This document shows positions 1-12,800 of a DNA stretch of 64,000 nucleotides, piece by piece. The position numbers were made by a program, and so were the translations under genes. Each line of letters begins with the position of its first letter. Position 1 is the first letter of the stretch. Origin of the DNA: Eledone cirrhosa (taxonomy: Eukaryota). Where the stretch lies: assembly GCA_964016885.1 (NCBI GenBank), contig OZ024743.1:54188001-54252000 (forward strand), given 5' to 3'. The notes under the pieces were generated by a model. It saw only the letters and a list, made by a program, of their open reading frames with translations. It was not told the DNA's origin and searched no databases.

Positions 1-221
1 AGGGGCTGGTATGCATGGATGACTGTTGGTCTTCCGCAAACTTTCCCGGACTTTCATGACTGAAAGGAGGTCTATACCCTATTATATATATATATATTTT
101 CGTCGCTATGGTCACTGCGGCCCGTCTATCGGTCGCTGTATTCGATTTGCTTAGCTGCACACCGAGACTGCATTCGTTAGCTTGGCTGCAACCGGAGCTT
201 CGTTGATGGTGTACTAAATTT

Positions 222-258
<37 letters not shown>

Positions 259-826
259 GTTGGGGGTTGGGGGTTGGGGTGTGTGTGTGTGTGTGTTAAA
301 TAATAGAATCAGTTATAGAAATGACGTCATACTAAACCATCCCCTACTCGACCCTATTTTTCTGCTCTCCATTCGTTTGTCATCATCACCATCATCATCC
401 TTCTCAATCCCCTCATCATTATAACGATTGTCATCATCATTAACCCCTAAATATCATCATCATTCCTCACACCCACCTCATTATTGTCATCAACATCATC
501 ATTAACAACAACACAGTATCGTTATTTTAACCATCATCCCCATCTCGGACCCTTCCCCATTATAGTTGTTGTCATCATCCCCATCACCATCACCACCACA
601 ATAACCGTCAACCACATCAGTGCCCACGCATCCGTTACCCAACGTCTGTCAGATTAGCTGTCATAGATGCATCTTCACTGAGAAAAATATATCTGCCCTT
701 GTATCTCTCTCTGAGTCAGTCTGTCTACTCGTCTGTCGGGCTGTCTGTCTGTCTGTCTGTCTGTCTCTGTCCGTCTGTCTATCTGTCTGTCAGCCTGTCT
801 GTCTGTCTGTATAACTGTCTGCATGG

Positions 827-3800
827 ATGTACGTATATGTCTGGCTGTCTCTACGTCTGTCCGTGTCCCTGTGTCTCTATGTGTGTGTGTGCATGTCTGT
901 CTTTCTGTATGTACGTACGTGCCTGGCTGTCTCTACGTCTGTCCGTGTCCCTGTGTCTCTATGTGTGTGTGTGCATGTCTGTCTTTCTGTATGTACGTAT
1001 GTGCTTGGCTGTCTCTACGTCTGTCCGTGTCCCTGTGTCTCTATGTGTGTGTGTGCATGTCTGTCTTTCTGTATGTACGTATGTGCCTGGCTGTCTCTAC
1101 GTCTGTCCGTGTCCCTGTGTCTCTATGTGTGTGTGTATGTCTGTCTTTCTGTATGTACGTATGTGCTTGGCTGTCTCTGCGCCTGTCCGTGTCCCTGTGT
1201 CTCTATGTGTGTGTGTGTATGTCTGTCTTTCTGTATATACGTATGCGCCTGGCTGTCTCTGCGTCTGTCCGTGTCCCTGTGTCTCTATGTGTGTGTGTGT
1301 ATGTCTGTCTTTCTGTATGTACGTATGTGTCTGGCTGTCTCTGCGCCTGTCCGTGTCCCTGTGTCTCTATGTGTGTGTGTGTATGTCTGTCTTTCTGTAT
1401 GTACGTATGTGCCTGGCTGTCTCTACGTCTGTCCGTGTCCCTGTGTCTCTATGTGTGTGTGTATGTCTGTCTTTCTGTATGTACGTATGTGCCTGGCTGT
1501 CTCTGCGCCTGTCCGTGTCCCTGTGTCTCTATGTGTGTGTGTATGTCTGTCTTTCTGTATGTACGTATTTGCCTGGCTGTCTCTGCGTCTGTCCGTGTCC
1601 CTGTGTCTCTATGTGTGTGTGTGTATGTCTGTCTTTCTGTATGTACGTATGTGTCTGGCTGTCTCTAAGTCTGTCCGTGTCCCTGTGTCTCTATGTGTGT
1701 GTGTATGTCTGTCTTTCTGTATGTACGTATGTGTCTGGCTGTCTCTGCGCCTGTCCGTGTCCCTGTGTCTCTATGTGTGTGTGTGTATGTCTGTCTTTCT
1801 GTATGTACGTATGTGCCTGGCTGTCTCTACGTCTGTCCGTGTCCCTGTGTCTCTATGTGTGTGTGTGTATGTCTGTCTTTCTGTATGTACGTATGTGCCT
1901 GGCTGTCTCTGCGTCTGTCCGTGTCCCTCTGTCTCTATGTGTGTGTGTGTATGTCTGTCTTTCTGTATGTACGTATGTGCCTGGCTGTCTCTGCGTCTGT
2001 CCGTGTCCCTCTGTCTCTATGTGTGTGTGTGTATGTCTGTCTTTCTGTATGTACGTATGTGCCTGGCTGTCTCTGCGTCTGTCCGTGTCCCTGTGTCTCT
2101 ATGTGTGTGTATGTATGTCTGTCTTTCTGTATGTACGTATGTGTCTGGCTGTCTCTGCGCCTGTCCGTGTCCCTGTGTCTCTATGTGTGTGTGTATGTCT
2201 GTCTTTCTGTATGTACGTATGTGCCTGGCTGTCTCTGCGTCTGTCCGTGTCCCTCTGTCTCTATGTGTGTGTGTGTATGACTGTCTTTCTGTATGTACGT
2301 ATGTGTCTGGCTGTCTCTACGTCTGTCCGTGTCCCTGTGTCTCTATGTGTGTGTGTATGTCTGTCTTTCTGTATGTACGTATGTGTCTGGCTGTCTCTAC
2401 GTCTGTCCGTGTCCCTCTGTCTCTATGTGTGTGTGTGTATGTTTGTCTTTCTGTATGTACGTATGTGCCTGGCTGTCTCTGCGTCTGTCCGTGTCCCTCT
2501 GTCTCTATGTGTGTGTGTGTATGTCTGTCTTTCTGTATGTACATATGTGTCTGGCTGTCTCTGCGCCTGTCCGTGTCCCTGTGTCTCTATGTGTGTGTGT
2601 GTATGTCTGTCTTTCTGTATGTACGTGTGTGCCTGGCTGTCTCTGCGTCTGTCCGTGTCCCTCTGTCTCTATGTGTGTGTGTGTATGTCTGTCTTTCTGT
2701 ATGTACGTATGTGTCTGGCTGTCTCTACGTCTGTCCGTGTCCCTGTGTCTCTATGTGTGTGTGTATGTCTGTCTTTCTGTATGTACGTATGTGTCTGGCT
2801 GTCTCTACGTCTGTCCGTGTCCCTGTGTCTCTATGTGTGTGTGTATGTCTGTCTTTCTGTATGTACGTATGTGCCTGGCTGTCTCTACGTCTGTCCGTGT
2901 CCCTGTATCTCTATGTGTGTGTGTATGTCTGTCTTTCTGTATGTACGTATGTGTCTGGCTGTCTCTGCGCCTGTCCGTGTCCCTGTGTCTCTATGTGTGT
3001 GTGTGTATGTCTGTCTTTCTGTATGTACGTATGTGCCTGGCTGTCTCTACGTCTGTCCGTGTCCCTGTGTCTCTATGTGTGTGTGTGTCTGTCTTTCTGT
3101 ATGTACGTATGTGTCTGGCTGTCTCTGCGCCTGTCCGTGTCCCTGTGTCTCTATGTGTGTGTGTATGTCTGTCTTTCCGTATGTACGTATGTGTCTGGCT
3201 GTCTCTGCGCCTGTCCGTGTCCCTGTGTCTCTATGTGTGTGTGTGTATGTCTGTCTTTCTGTATGTACGTATGTGCCTGGCTGTCTCTGCGTCTGTCCGT
3301 GTCCCTGTGTCTCTATGTGTGTGTGTATGTCTGTCTTTCTGTATGTACGTATGTGCCTGGCTGTCTCTACGTCTGTCCGTGTCCCTGTGTCTCTATGTGT
3401 GTGTGTGTATGTCTGTCTTTCTGTATGTACGTATGTGTCTGGCTGTCTCTGCGTCTGTCCGTGTCCCTGTGTCTCTATGTGTGTGTATGTATGTCTTTCT
3501 GTATGTACGTATGTGTCTGGCTGTCTCTGCGTCTGTCCGTGTCCCTGTGTCTCTATGTGTGTGTGTGTATGTCTGTCTTTCTGTATGTACGTATGTGTCT
3601 GGCTGTCTCTGCGTCTGTCCGTGTCCCTGTGTCTCTATGTGTGTGTGTGTATGTCTGTCTTTCTGTATGTACGTATGTGCCTGGCTGTCTCTGCGTCTGT
3701 CCGTGTCCCTGTGTCTCTATGTGTGTGTGTGTATGTCTGTCTTTCTGTATGTACGTATGTGTCTGGCTGTCTCTGCGTCTGTCCGTGTCCCTGTGTCTCT

Positions 3801-6800
3801 ATGTGTGTGTATGTATGTCTTTCTGTATGTACGTATGTGTCTGGCTGTCTCTGCGTCTGTCCGTGTCCCTGTGTCTCTATGTGTGTGTATGTATGTCTTT
3901 CTGTATGTACGTATGTGTCTGGCTGTCTCTGCGTCTGTCCGTGTCCCTGTGTCTCTATGTGTGTGTGTGTATGTCTGTCTTTCTGTATGTACGTATGTGT
4001 CTGGCTGTCTCTGCGTCTGTCCGTGTCCCTGTGTCTCTATGTGTGTGTATGTATGTCTTTCTGTATGTACGTATGTGTCTGGCTGTCTCTGCGTCTGTCC
4101 GTGTCCCTGTGTCTCTATGTGTGTGTGTGTATGTCTGTCTTTCTGTATGTACGTATGTGTCTGGCTGTCTCTGCGTCTGTCCGTGTCCCTGCCTCTCTAT
4201 GTGTGTGTGTATGACTATCTTTCTGTATGTACGTATGTGCCTGGTTGTCTCTGCGTCTGTCCGTGTCCCTGTGTCTCTATGTGTGTGTGTATGACTATCT
4301 TTCTGTATGTACGTATGTGTCTGGCTGTCTCTGCGTCTGTCCGTGTCCCTGTGTCTCTATGTGTGTGTGTGTATGTCTGTCTTTCTGTATGTACGTATGT
4401 GCCTGGCTGTCTCTGCGTCTCTCCGTGTCCCTGTGTCTCTATGTGTGTGTGTGTATGTCTATCTTTCTGTATGTACGTATATGCCTGGCTGTCTCTACGT
4501 CTGTCCGTGCCCCTGTGTCTCTATGTGTGTGTGTATGTCTGTCTTTCTGTATGTACGTATGTGCCTGGCTGTCTCTAAGTCTGTCCGTGTCCCTGTGTCT
4601 CTATGTGTGTGTGTATGTCTGTCTTTCTGTATGTACGTATGTGTCTGGCTGTCTCTACGTCTGTCCGTGTCCCTGTGTCTCTATGTGTGTGTGTGTATGT
4701 CTGTCTTTCTGTATGTACGTATATGCCTGGCTGTCTCTACGTCTGTCCGTGCCCCTGTGTCTCTATGTGTGTGTGTATGTCTGTCTTTCTGTATGTACGT
4801 ATGTGTCTGGCTGTCTCTACGTCTGTCCGTGTCCCTGTGTCTCTATGTGTGTGTGTGTATGTCTATCTTTCTGTATGTACGCATATGCCTGGCTGTCTCT
4901 ACGTCTATCCGTGTCCCTGTGTCTCTATGTGTGTGTGTATGTCTGTCTTTCTGTATGTACGTATATGTCTGGCTGTCTCTGCGTCTGTCCGTGTCCCTGT
5001 GTCTCTATGTGTGTGTGTATGTCTGTCTTTCTGTATGTACGTATGTGTCTGGCTGTCTCTACGTCTGTCCGTGTCCCTGTGTCTCTATGTGTGGGTATGT
5101 ATGTCTGTCTTTCTGTATGTACGTATGTGTCTGGCTGTCTCTACGTCTGTCCGTGTCCCTGTGTCTCTATGTGTGTGTATGTATGTCTGTCTTTCTGTAT
5201 GTACGTATGTGCCTGGCTGTCTCTGCGCCTGTCCGTGTCCCTGTGTCTCTATGTGTGTGTATGTATGTCTTTCTGTATGTACGTATGTGTCTGGCTGTCT
5301 CTGCGTCTGTCCGTGTCCCTGTGTCTCTATGTGTGTGTGTGTATGTCTGTCTTTCTGTATGTACGTATGTGCCTGGCTGTCTCTACGTCTTTCCATGTCC
5401 CTGTGTCTCTATGTATGTGTATGTATGTCTGTCTTTCTGTATGTACGTATGTGCCTGGCTGTCTCTGCGTCTGTCCATGTCCCTGTGTCTCTATGTGTGT
5501 GTATGTCTGTCTGTCTTTCTGTATGTACGTATGTGCCTGGCTGTCTCTGCGTCTGTCCGTGTTCCTGTGTCTCTATGTGTGTGTATGTATGTCTTTCTGT
5601 ATGTACGTATGTGTCTGGCTGTCTCTGCGTCTGTCCGTGTCCCTGTGTCTCTATGTGTGTGTGTGTATGTCTGTCTTTCTGTATGTACGTATGTGCCTGG
5701 CTGTCTCTACGTCTGTCCGTGTCCCTGTGTCTCTATGTGTGTGTGTGTATGTCTGTCTTTCTGTATGTACGTATGTGCCTGGCTGTCTCTGCGTCTGTCC
5801 GTGTCCCTGTGTCTCTATGTGTGTGTGTATGTCTGTCTTTCTGTATGTACGTATGTGTCTGGCTGTCTCTGCGTCTGTCCGTGTCCTTGTGTCACTATGT
5901 GTGTGTGTGTATGTCTGTCTTTCTGTATGTACGTATGTGCCTGGCTGTCTCTGCGCCTGTCCGTGTCCCTGTGTCTCTATGTGTGTGTGTATGTCTGTCT
6001 TTCCGTATGTACGTATGTGTCTGGCTGTCTCTACGTCTGTCCGTGTCCCTGTGTCTCTATGTGTGTGTGTGTATGTCTGTCTTTCTGTATGTACGTATGT
6101 GCCTGGCTGTCTCTGCGCCTGTCCGTGTCCCTGTGTCTCTATGTGTGTGTGTATGTCTGTCTTTCTGTATGTACGTATGTGCCTGGCTGTCTCTACGTCT
6201 GTCCGTGTCCCTGTGTCTCTATGTGTGTGTGTGTATGTCTGTCTTTCTGTATGTACGTATGTGTCTGGCTGTCTCTGCGTCTGTCCGTGTCCCTGTGTCT
6301 CTATGTGTGTGTATGTATGTCTTTCTGTATGTACGTATGTGTCTGGCTGTCTCTGCGTCTGTCCGTGTCCCTGTGTCTCTATGTGTGTGTGTGTATGTCT
6401 GTATTTCTGTATGTACGTATGTGTCTGGCTGTCTCTGCGTCTGTCCGTGTCCCTGTGTCTCTATGTGTGTGTGTGTATGTCTGTCTTTCTGTATGTACGT
6501 ATGTGCCTGGCTGTCTCTGCGTCTGTCCGTGTCCCTGTGTCTCTATGTGTGTGTGTATGACTATCTTTCTGTATGTACGTATGTGCCTGGTTGTCTCTGC
6601 GTCTGTCCGTGTCCCTGTGTCTCTATGTGTGTGTGTATGACTATCTTTCTGTATGTACGTATGTGTCTGGCTGTCTCTGCGTCTGTCCGTGTCCCTGTGT
6701 CTCTATGTGTGTGTGTGTATGTCTGTCTTTCTGTATGTACGTATGTGCCTGGCTGTCTCTGCGTCTCTCCGTGTCCCTGTGTCTCTATGTGTGTGTGTGT

Positions 6801-9800
6801 ATGTCTATCTTTCTGTATGTACGTATATGCCTGGCTGTCTCTACGTCTGTCCGTGCCCCTGTGTCTCTATGTGTGTGTGTATGTCTGTCTTTCTGTATGT
6901 ACGTATGTGCCTGGCTGTCTCTAAGTCTGTCCGTGTCCCTGTGTCTCTATGTGTGTGTGTATGTCTGTCTTTCTGTATGTACGTATGTGTCTGGCTGTCT
7001 CTACGTCTGTCCGTGTCCCTGTGTCTCTATGTGTGTGTGTGTATGTCTGTCTTTCTGTATGTACGTATATGCCTGGCTGTCTCTACGTCTGTCCGTGCCC
7101 CTGTGTCTCTATGTGTGTGTGTATGTCTGTCTTTCTGTATGTACGTATGTGTCTGGCTGTCTCTACGTCTGTCCGTGTCCCTGTGTCTCTATGTGTGTGT
7201 GTGTATGTCTATCTTTCTGTATGTACGCATATGCCTGGCTGTCTCTACGTCTGTCCGTGTCCCTGTGTCTCTATGTGTGTGTGTATGTCTGTCTTTCTGT
7301 ATGTACGTATATGTCTGGCTGTCTCTGCGTCTGTCCGTGTCCCTGTGTCTCTATGTGTGTGTGTATGTCTGTCTTTCTGTATGTACGTATGTGTCTGGCT
7401 GTCTCTACGTCTGTCCGTGTCCCTGTGTCTCTATGTGTGTGTATGTATGTCTGTCTTTCTGTATGTACGTATGTGTCTGGCTGTCTCTACGTCTGTCCGT
7501 GTCCCTGTGTCTCTATGTGTGTGTATGTATGTCTGTCTTTCTGTATGTACGTATGTGCCTGGCTGTCTCTGCGTCTGTCCGTGTTCCTGTGTCTCTATGT
7601 GTGTGTATGTATGTCTTTCTGTATGTACGTATGTGTCTGGCTGTCTCTGCGTCTGTCCGTGTCCCTGTGTCTCTATGTGTGTGTGTGTATGTCTGTCTTT
7701 CTGTATGTACGTATGTGCCTGGCTGTCTCTACGTCTGTCCGTGTCCCTGTGTCTCTATGTGTGTGTGTGTATGTCTGTCTTTCTGTATGTACGTATGTGC
7801 CTGGCTGTCTCTACGTCTGTCCGTGTCCCTGTGTCTCTATGTGTGTGTGTGTATGTCTGTCTTTCTGTATGTACGTATATGCCTGGCTGTCTCTACGTCT
7901 GTCCGTGCCCCTGTGTCTCTATGTGTGTGTGTATGTCTGTCTTTCTGTATGTACGTATGTGTCTGGCTGTCTCTACGTCTGTCCGTGTCCCTGTGTCTCT
8001 ATGTGTGTGTGTGTATGTCTATCTTTCTGTATGTACGCATATGCCTGGCTGTCTCTACGTCTGTCCGTGTCCCTGTGTCTCTATGTGTGTGTGTATGTCT
8101 GTCTTTCTGTATGTACGTATATGTCTGGCTGTCTCTGCGTCTGTCCGTGTCCCTGTGTCTCTATGTGTGTGTGTATGTCTGTCTTTCTGTATGTACGTAT
8201 GTGTCTGGCTGTCTCTACGTCTGTCCGTGTCCCTGTGTCTCTATGTGTGTGTATGTATGTCTGTCTTTCTGTATGTACGTATGTGTCTGGCTGTCTCTAC
8301 GTCTGTCCGTGTCCCTGTGTCTCTATGTGTGTGTATGTATGTCTGTCTTTCTGTATGTACGTATGTGCCTGGCTGTCTCTGCGTCTGTCCGTGTTCCTGT
8401 GTCTCTATGTGTGTGTATGTATGTCTTTCTGTATGTACGTATGTGTCTGGCTGTCTCTGCGTCTGTCCGTGTCCCTGTGTCTCTATGTGTGTGTGTGTAT
8501 GTCTGTCTTTCTGTATGTACGTATGTGCCTGGCTGTCTCTACGTCTGTCCGTGTCCCTGTGTCTCTATGTGTGTGTGTGTATGTCTGTCTTTCTGTATGT
8601 ACGTATGTGCCTGGCTGTCTCTACGTCTGTCCGTGTCCCTGTGTCTCTATGTGTGTGTGTGTATGTCTGTCTTTCTGTATGTACGTATGTGCCTGGCTGT
8701 CTCTACGTCTGTCCGTGTCCCTGTGTCTCTATGTGTGTGTGTGTATGTCTGTCTTTCTGTATGTACGTATGTGCCTGGCTGTCTCTACGTCTGTCCGTGT
8801 CCCTGTGTCTCTATGTGTGTGTGTGTATGTCTGTCTTTCTGTATGTACGTATGTGCCTGGCTGTCTCTACGTCTGTCCGTGTCCCTGTGTCTCTATGTGT
8901 GTGTGTGTATGTCTGTCTTTCTGTATGTACGTATGTGTCTGGCTGTCTCTACGTCTGTCCGTGTCCCTATGTCTCTATGTGTGTGTGTATGTCTATCTTT
9001 CTGTATGTACGTATGTGTCTGGCTGTCTCTGCGTCTGTCCGTGTCCTTGTGTCTCTATGTGTGTGTGTGTATGTCTGTCTTTCTGTATGTACGTATGTGC
9101 CTGGCTGTCTCTGCGTCTGTCCGTGTCCCTGTGTCTCTATGTGTGTGTGTATGTCTATCTTTCTGTATGTACGTATGTGTCTGGCTGTCTCTGCGTCTGT
9201 CCGTGTCCCTGTGTCTCTATGTGTGTGTGTATGTCTATCTTTCTGTATGTACGTATGTGTCTGGCTGTCTCTGCGTCTGTCCGTGTCCTTGTGTCTCTAT
9301 GTGTGTGTGTGTATGTCTGTCTTTCTGTATGTACGTATGTGCCTGGCTGTCTCTGCGTCTGTCCGTGTCCCTGTCTCTCTATGTGTGTGTGTGTATGTCT
9401 GTCTTTCTGTATGTACGTATGTGTCTGGCTGTCTCTGCGTCTGTCCGTGTCCTTGTGTCTCTATGTGTGTGTGTGTATGTCTGTCTTTCTGTATGTACGT
9501 ATGTGCCTGGCTGTCTCTGCGTCTGTCCGTGTCCCTGTGTCTCTATGTGTGTGTGTATGTCTATCTTTCTGTATGTACGTATGTGCCTGGTTGTCTCTGC
9601 GTCTGTCCGTGTCCCTGTGTCTCTATGTGTGTGTGTGTATGTCTGTCTTTCTGTATGTACGTATATGCTTGGCTGTCTCTACGTCTGTCCGTGTCACTGT
9701 GTCTCTATATGTGTGTGTATGTCTGTCTTTCTGTATGTACGTATGTGCCTGGCTGTCTCTACGTCTGTCCGTGTCCCTGTGTCTCTATGTGTGTGTGTGT

Positions 9801-12800
9801 ATGTCTGTCTTTCTGTATGTACGTATGTGTCTGTCTGTCTCTGCGTCTGTCCGTGTCCCTGTGTCTCTATGTGTGTGTGTGTATGTCTCTCTTTCTGTAT
9901 GTACGTATGTGCCTGGCTGTCTCTACGTCTGTCCATGTCCCTGTGTCTCTATGTGTGTGTATGTATGTCTGTCTTTCTGTATGTACGTATGTGCCTGGCT
10001 GTCTCTGCGTCTGTCCATGTCCCTGTGTCTCTATGTGTGTGTATGTATGTCTGTCTTTCTGTATGTACGTATGTGCCTGGCTGTCTCTGCGTCTGTCAGT
10101 GTCCCTGTGTCTCTATGTGTGTGTATGTATGTCTTTCTGTATGTACGTATGTGTCTGGCTGTCTCTGCGTCTGTCCGTGTCCCTGTGTCTCTATGTGTGA
10201 GTGTGTATGTCTGTCTTTCTGTATGTACGTATGTGCCTGGATGTCTCAACGTCTGTCCGTGTCCCTGTGTATCTATGTGTGTGTGTGTATGTCTGTCTTT
10301 CTGTATGTACGTATGTGCCTGGCTGTCTCTACGTCTGTCCGTGTCCCTGTGTCTCTATGTGTGTGTGTGTATGTCTGTCTTTCTGTATGTACGTATGTGC
10401 CTGGCTGTCTCTGCGTCTCTCCGTGTCCCTGTGTCTCTATGTGTGTGTGTGTATGTCTGTCTTTCTGTATGTACGTATGTGTCTGACTGTCTCTACGTCT
10501 GTCCGTGTCCCTGTGTCTCTATGTGTGTGTGTGTATGTCTGTCTTTCTGTATGTACGTATGTGCCTGGCTGTCTCTGCGTCTCTCCGTGTCCCTGTGTCT
10601 CTATGTGTGTGTGTGTATGTCTGTCTTTCTGTATGTACGTATATGCCTGGCTGTCTCTACGTCTGTCCGTGTCCCTGTATCTCTATGTGTGTGTGTGTAT
10701 GTCTGTCTTTCTGTATGTACGTATGTGTCTGGCTGTCTCTGCGTCTGTCCGTGTCCCTGTGTCTCTATGTGTGTGTGTGTATGTCTGTCTTTCTGTATGT
10801 ACGTATGTGCCTGGCTGTCTCTGCGTCTGTCCGTGTCCCTGTGTCTCTATGTGTGTGTGTGTATGTCTGTCTTTCTGTATGTACGTATGTTTCTGGCTGT
10901 CTCTGCGTCTGTCCGTGTCCCTATGTCTCTATATGTGTGTGTATGTCTGTCTTTCTGTATGTACGTATGTGCCTGGCTGTCTCTGCGTCTGTCCGTGTCC
11001 CTGTGTCTCTGTGTGTGTGTATGTATGTCTTTCTGTATGTACGTATGTGTCTGGCTGTCTCTGCGTCTGTCCGTGTCCCTGTGTCTCTATGTGTGTGTAT
11101 GTATGTCTGTCTTTCTGTATGTACGTATGTGCCTGGGTGTCTCTACGTCTGTCCATGTCCCTGTGTCTCTATGTGTGTGTGTGTATGTCTGTCTTTCTGT
11201 ATATACGTATGTGCCTGGCTTTCTCAACGTCTGTCCATGTCCCTGTGTCTCTATGTGTGTGTATGTATGTCTGTCTTTCTGTATGTACGTATGTGCCTGG
11301 CTGTCTCTGCGTCTGTCCATGTCCCTGTGTCTCTATGTGTGTGTATGTATGTCTGTCTTTCTGTATGTACGTATGTGCCTGGCTGTCTCTGCGTCTGTCC
11401 GTGTCCCTGGGTCTCTATGTGTGTGTATGTATGTCTTTCTGTATGTACGTATGTGTCTGGCTGTCTCTGCGTCTGTCCGTGTCCCTGTGTCTCTATGTGT
11501 GTGAGTGTATGTCTGTCTTTCTGTATGTACCTATGTGCCTGGATGTCTCTGCGTCTGTCCGTGTCCCTGTGTCTCTATGTGTGTGAGTGTATGTCTGTCT
11601 TTCTGTATGTACGTATGTGCCTGGCTGTCTCTGCGTCTGTCCATGTCCCTGTGTCTCTATGTGTGTGTATGTATGTCTGTCTTTCTGTATGTACGTATGT
11701 GCCTGGCTGTCTCTGCGTCTGTCCGTGTCCCTGGGTCTCTATGTGTGTGTATGTATGTCTTTCTGTATGTACGTATGTGTCTGGCTGTCTCTGCGTCTGT
11801 CCGTGTCCCTGTGTCTCTATGTGTGTGTGTGTATGTCTGTCTTTCTGTATGTACGTATGTGTCTGGCTGTCTCTGCGTCTGTCCGTGTCCCTGTGTCTCT
11901 ATGTGTGTGAGTGTATGTCTGTCTTTCTGTATGTACGTATGTGCCTGGCTGTCTCTGCGTCTGTCCGTGTCCCTGGGTCTCTATGTGTGTGTATGTATGT
12001 CTTTCTGTATGTACGTATGTGTCTGGCTGTCTCTGCGCCTGTCCGTGTCCCTGTGTCTCTATGTGTGTGTGTGTATGTCTGTCTTTCTGTATGTACGTAT
12101 GTGCCTGGCTGTCTCTGCGTCTGTCCGTGTCCCTGTGTCTCTGTGTGTGTGTATGTATGTCTTTCTGTATGTACGTATGTGTCTGGCTGTCTCTGCGTCT
12201 GTCCGTGTCCCTGTGTCTCTATGTGTGTGTATGTATGTCTGTCTTTCTGCATGTACGTATGTGCCTGGGTGTCTCTACGTCTGTCCATGTCCCTGTGTCT
12301 CTATGTGTGTGTGTGTATGTCTGTCTTTCTGTATATACGTATGTGCCTGGCTGTCTCTGCGTCTGTCCATGTCCCTGTGTCTCTATGTGTGTGTATGTAT
12401 GTCTTTCTGTATGTACGTATGTGTCTGGCTGTCTCTGCGTCTGTCCGGGTCCCTGTGTCTCTATGTGTGTGTGTGTATGTCTGTCTTTCTGTATGTACGT
12501 ATGTGCCTGGCTGTCTCTGCGTCTCTCCGTGTCCCTGTGTATCTATGTGTGTGTGTATGACTATCTTTCTGTATGTACGTATGTGCCTGGTTGTCTCTGC
12601 GTCTGTCCGTGTCCCTGTGTCTCTATGTGTGTGTGTATGTCTGTCTTTCTGTATGTACGTATATGCCTGGCTGTCTCTCAGTCTGTCCGTGTCCCTGTGT
12701 CTCTATGTGTGTGTGTATGTCTGTCTTTCTGTATGTACGTATGTGTCTGGCTGTCTCTACGTCTGTCCGTGTCCCTGTGTCTCTATGTGTGTGTGTGTAT

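Noticed and set aside
1-220. Short complex segments around (TA)n at the window start
   Set aside because: Probably repeat fragments, but too short or cut by the window edge to classify; no hammerhead core found.
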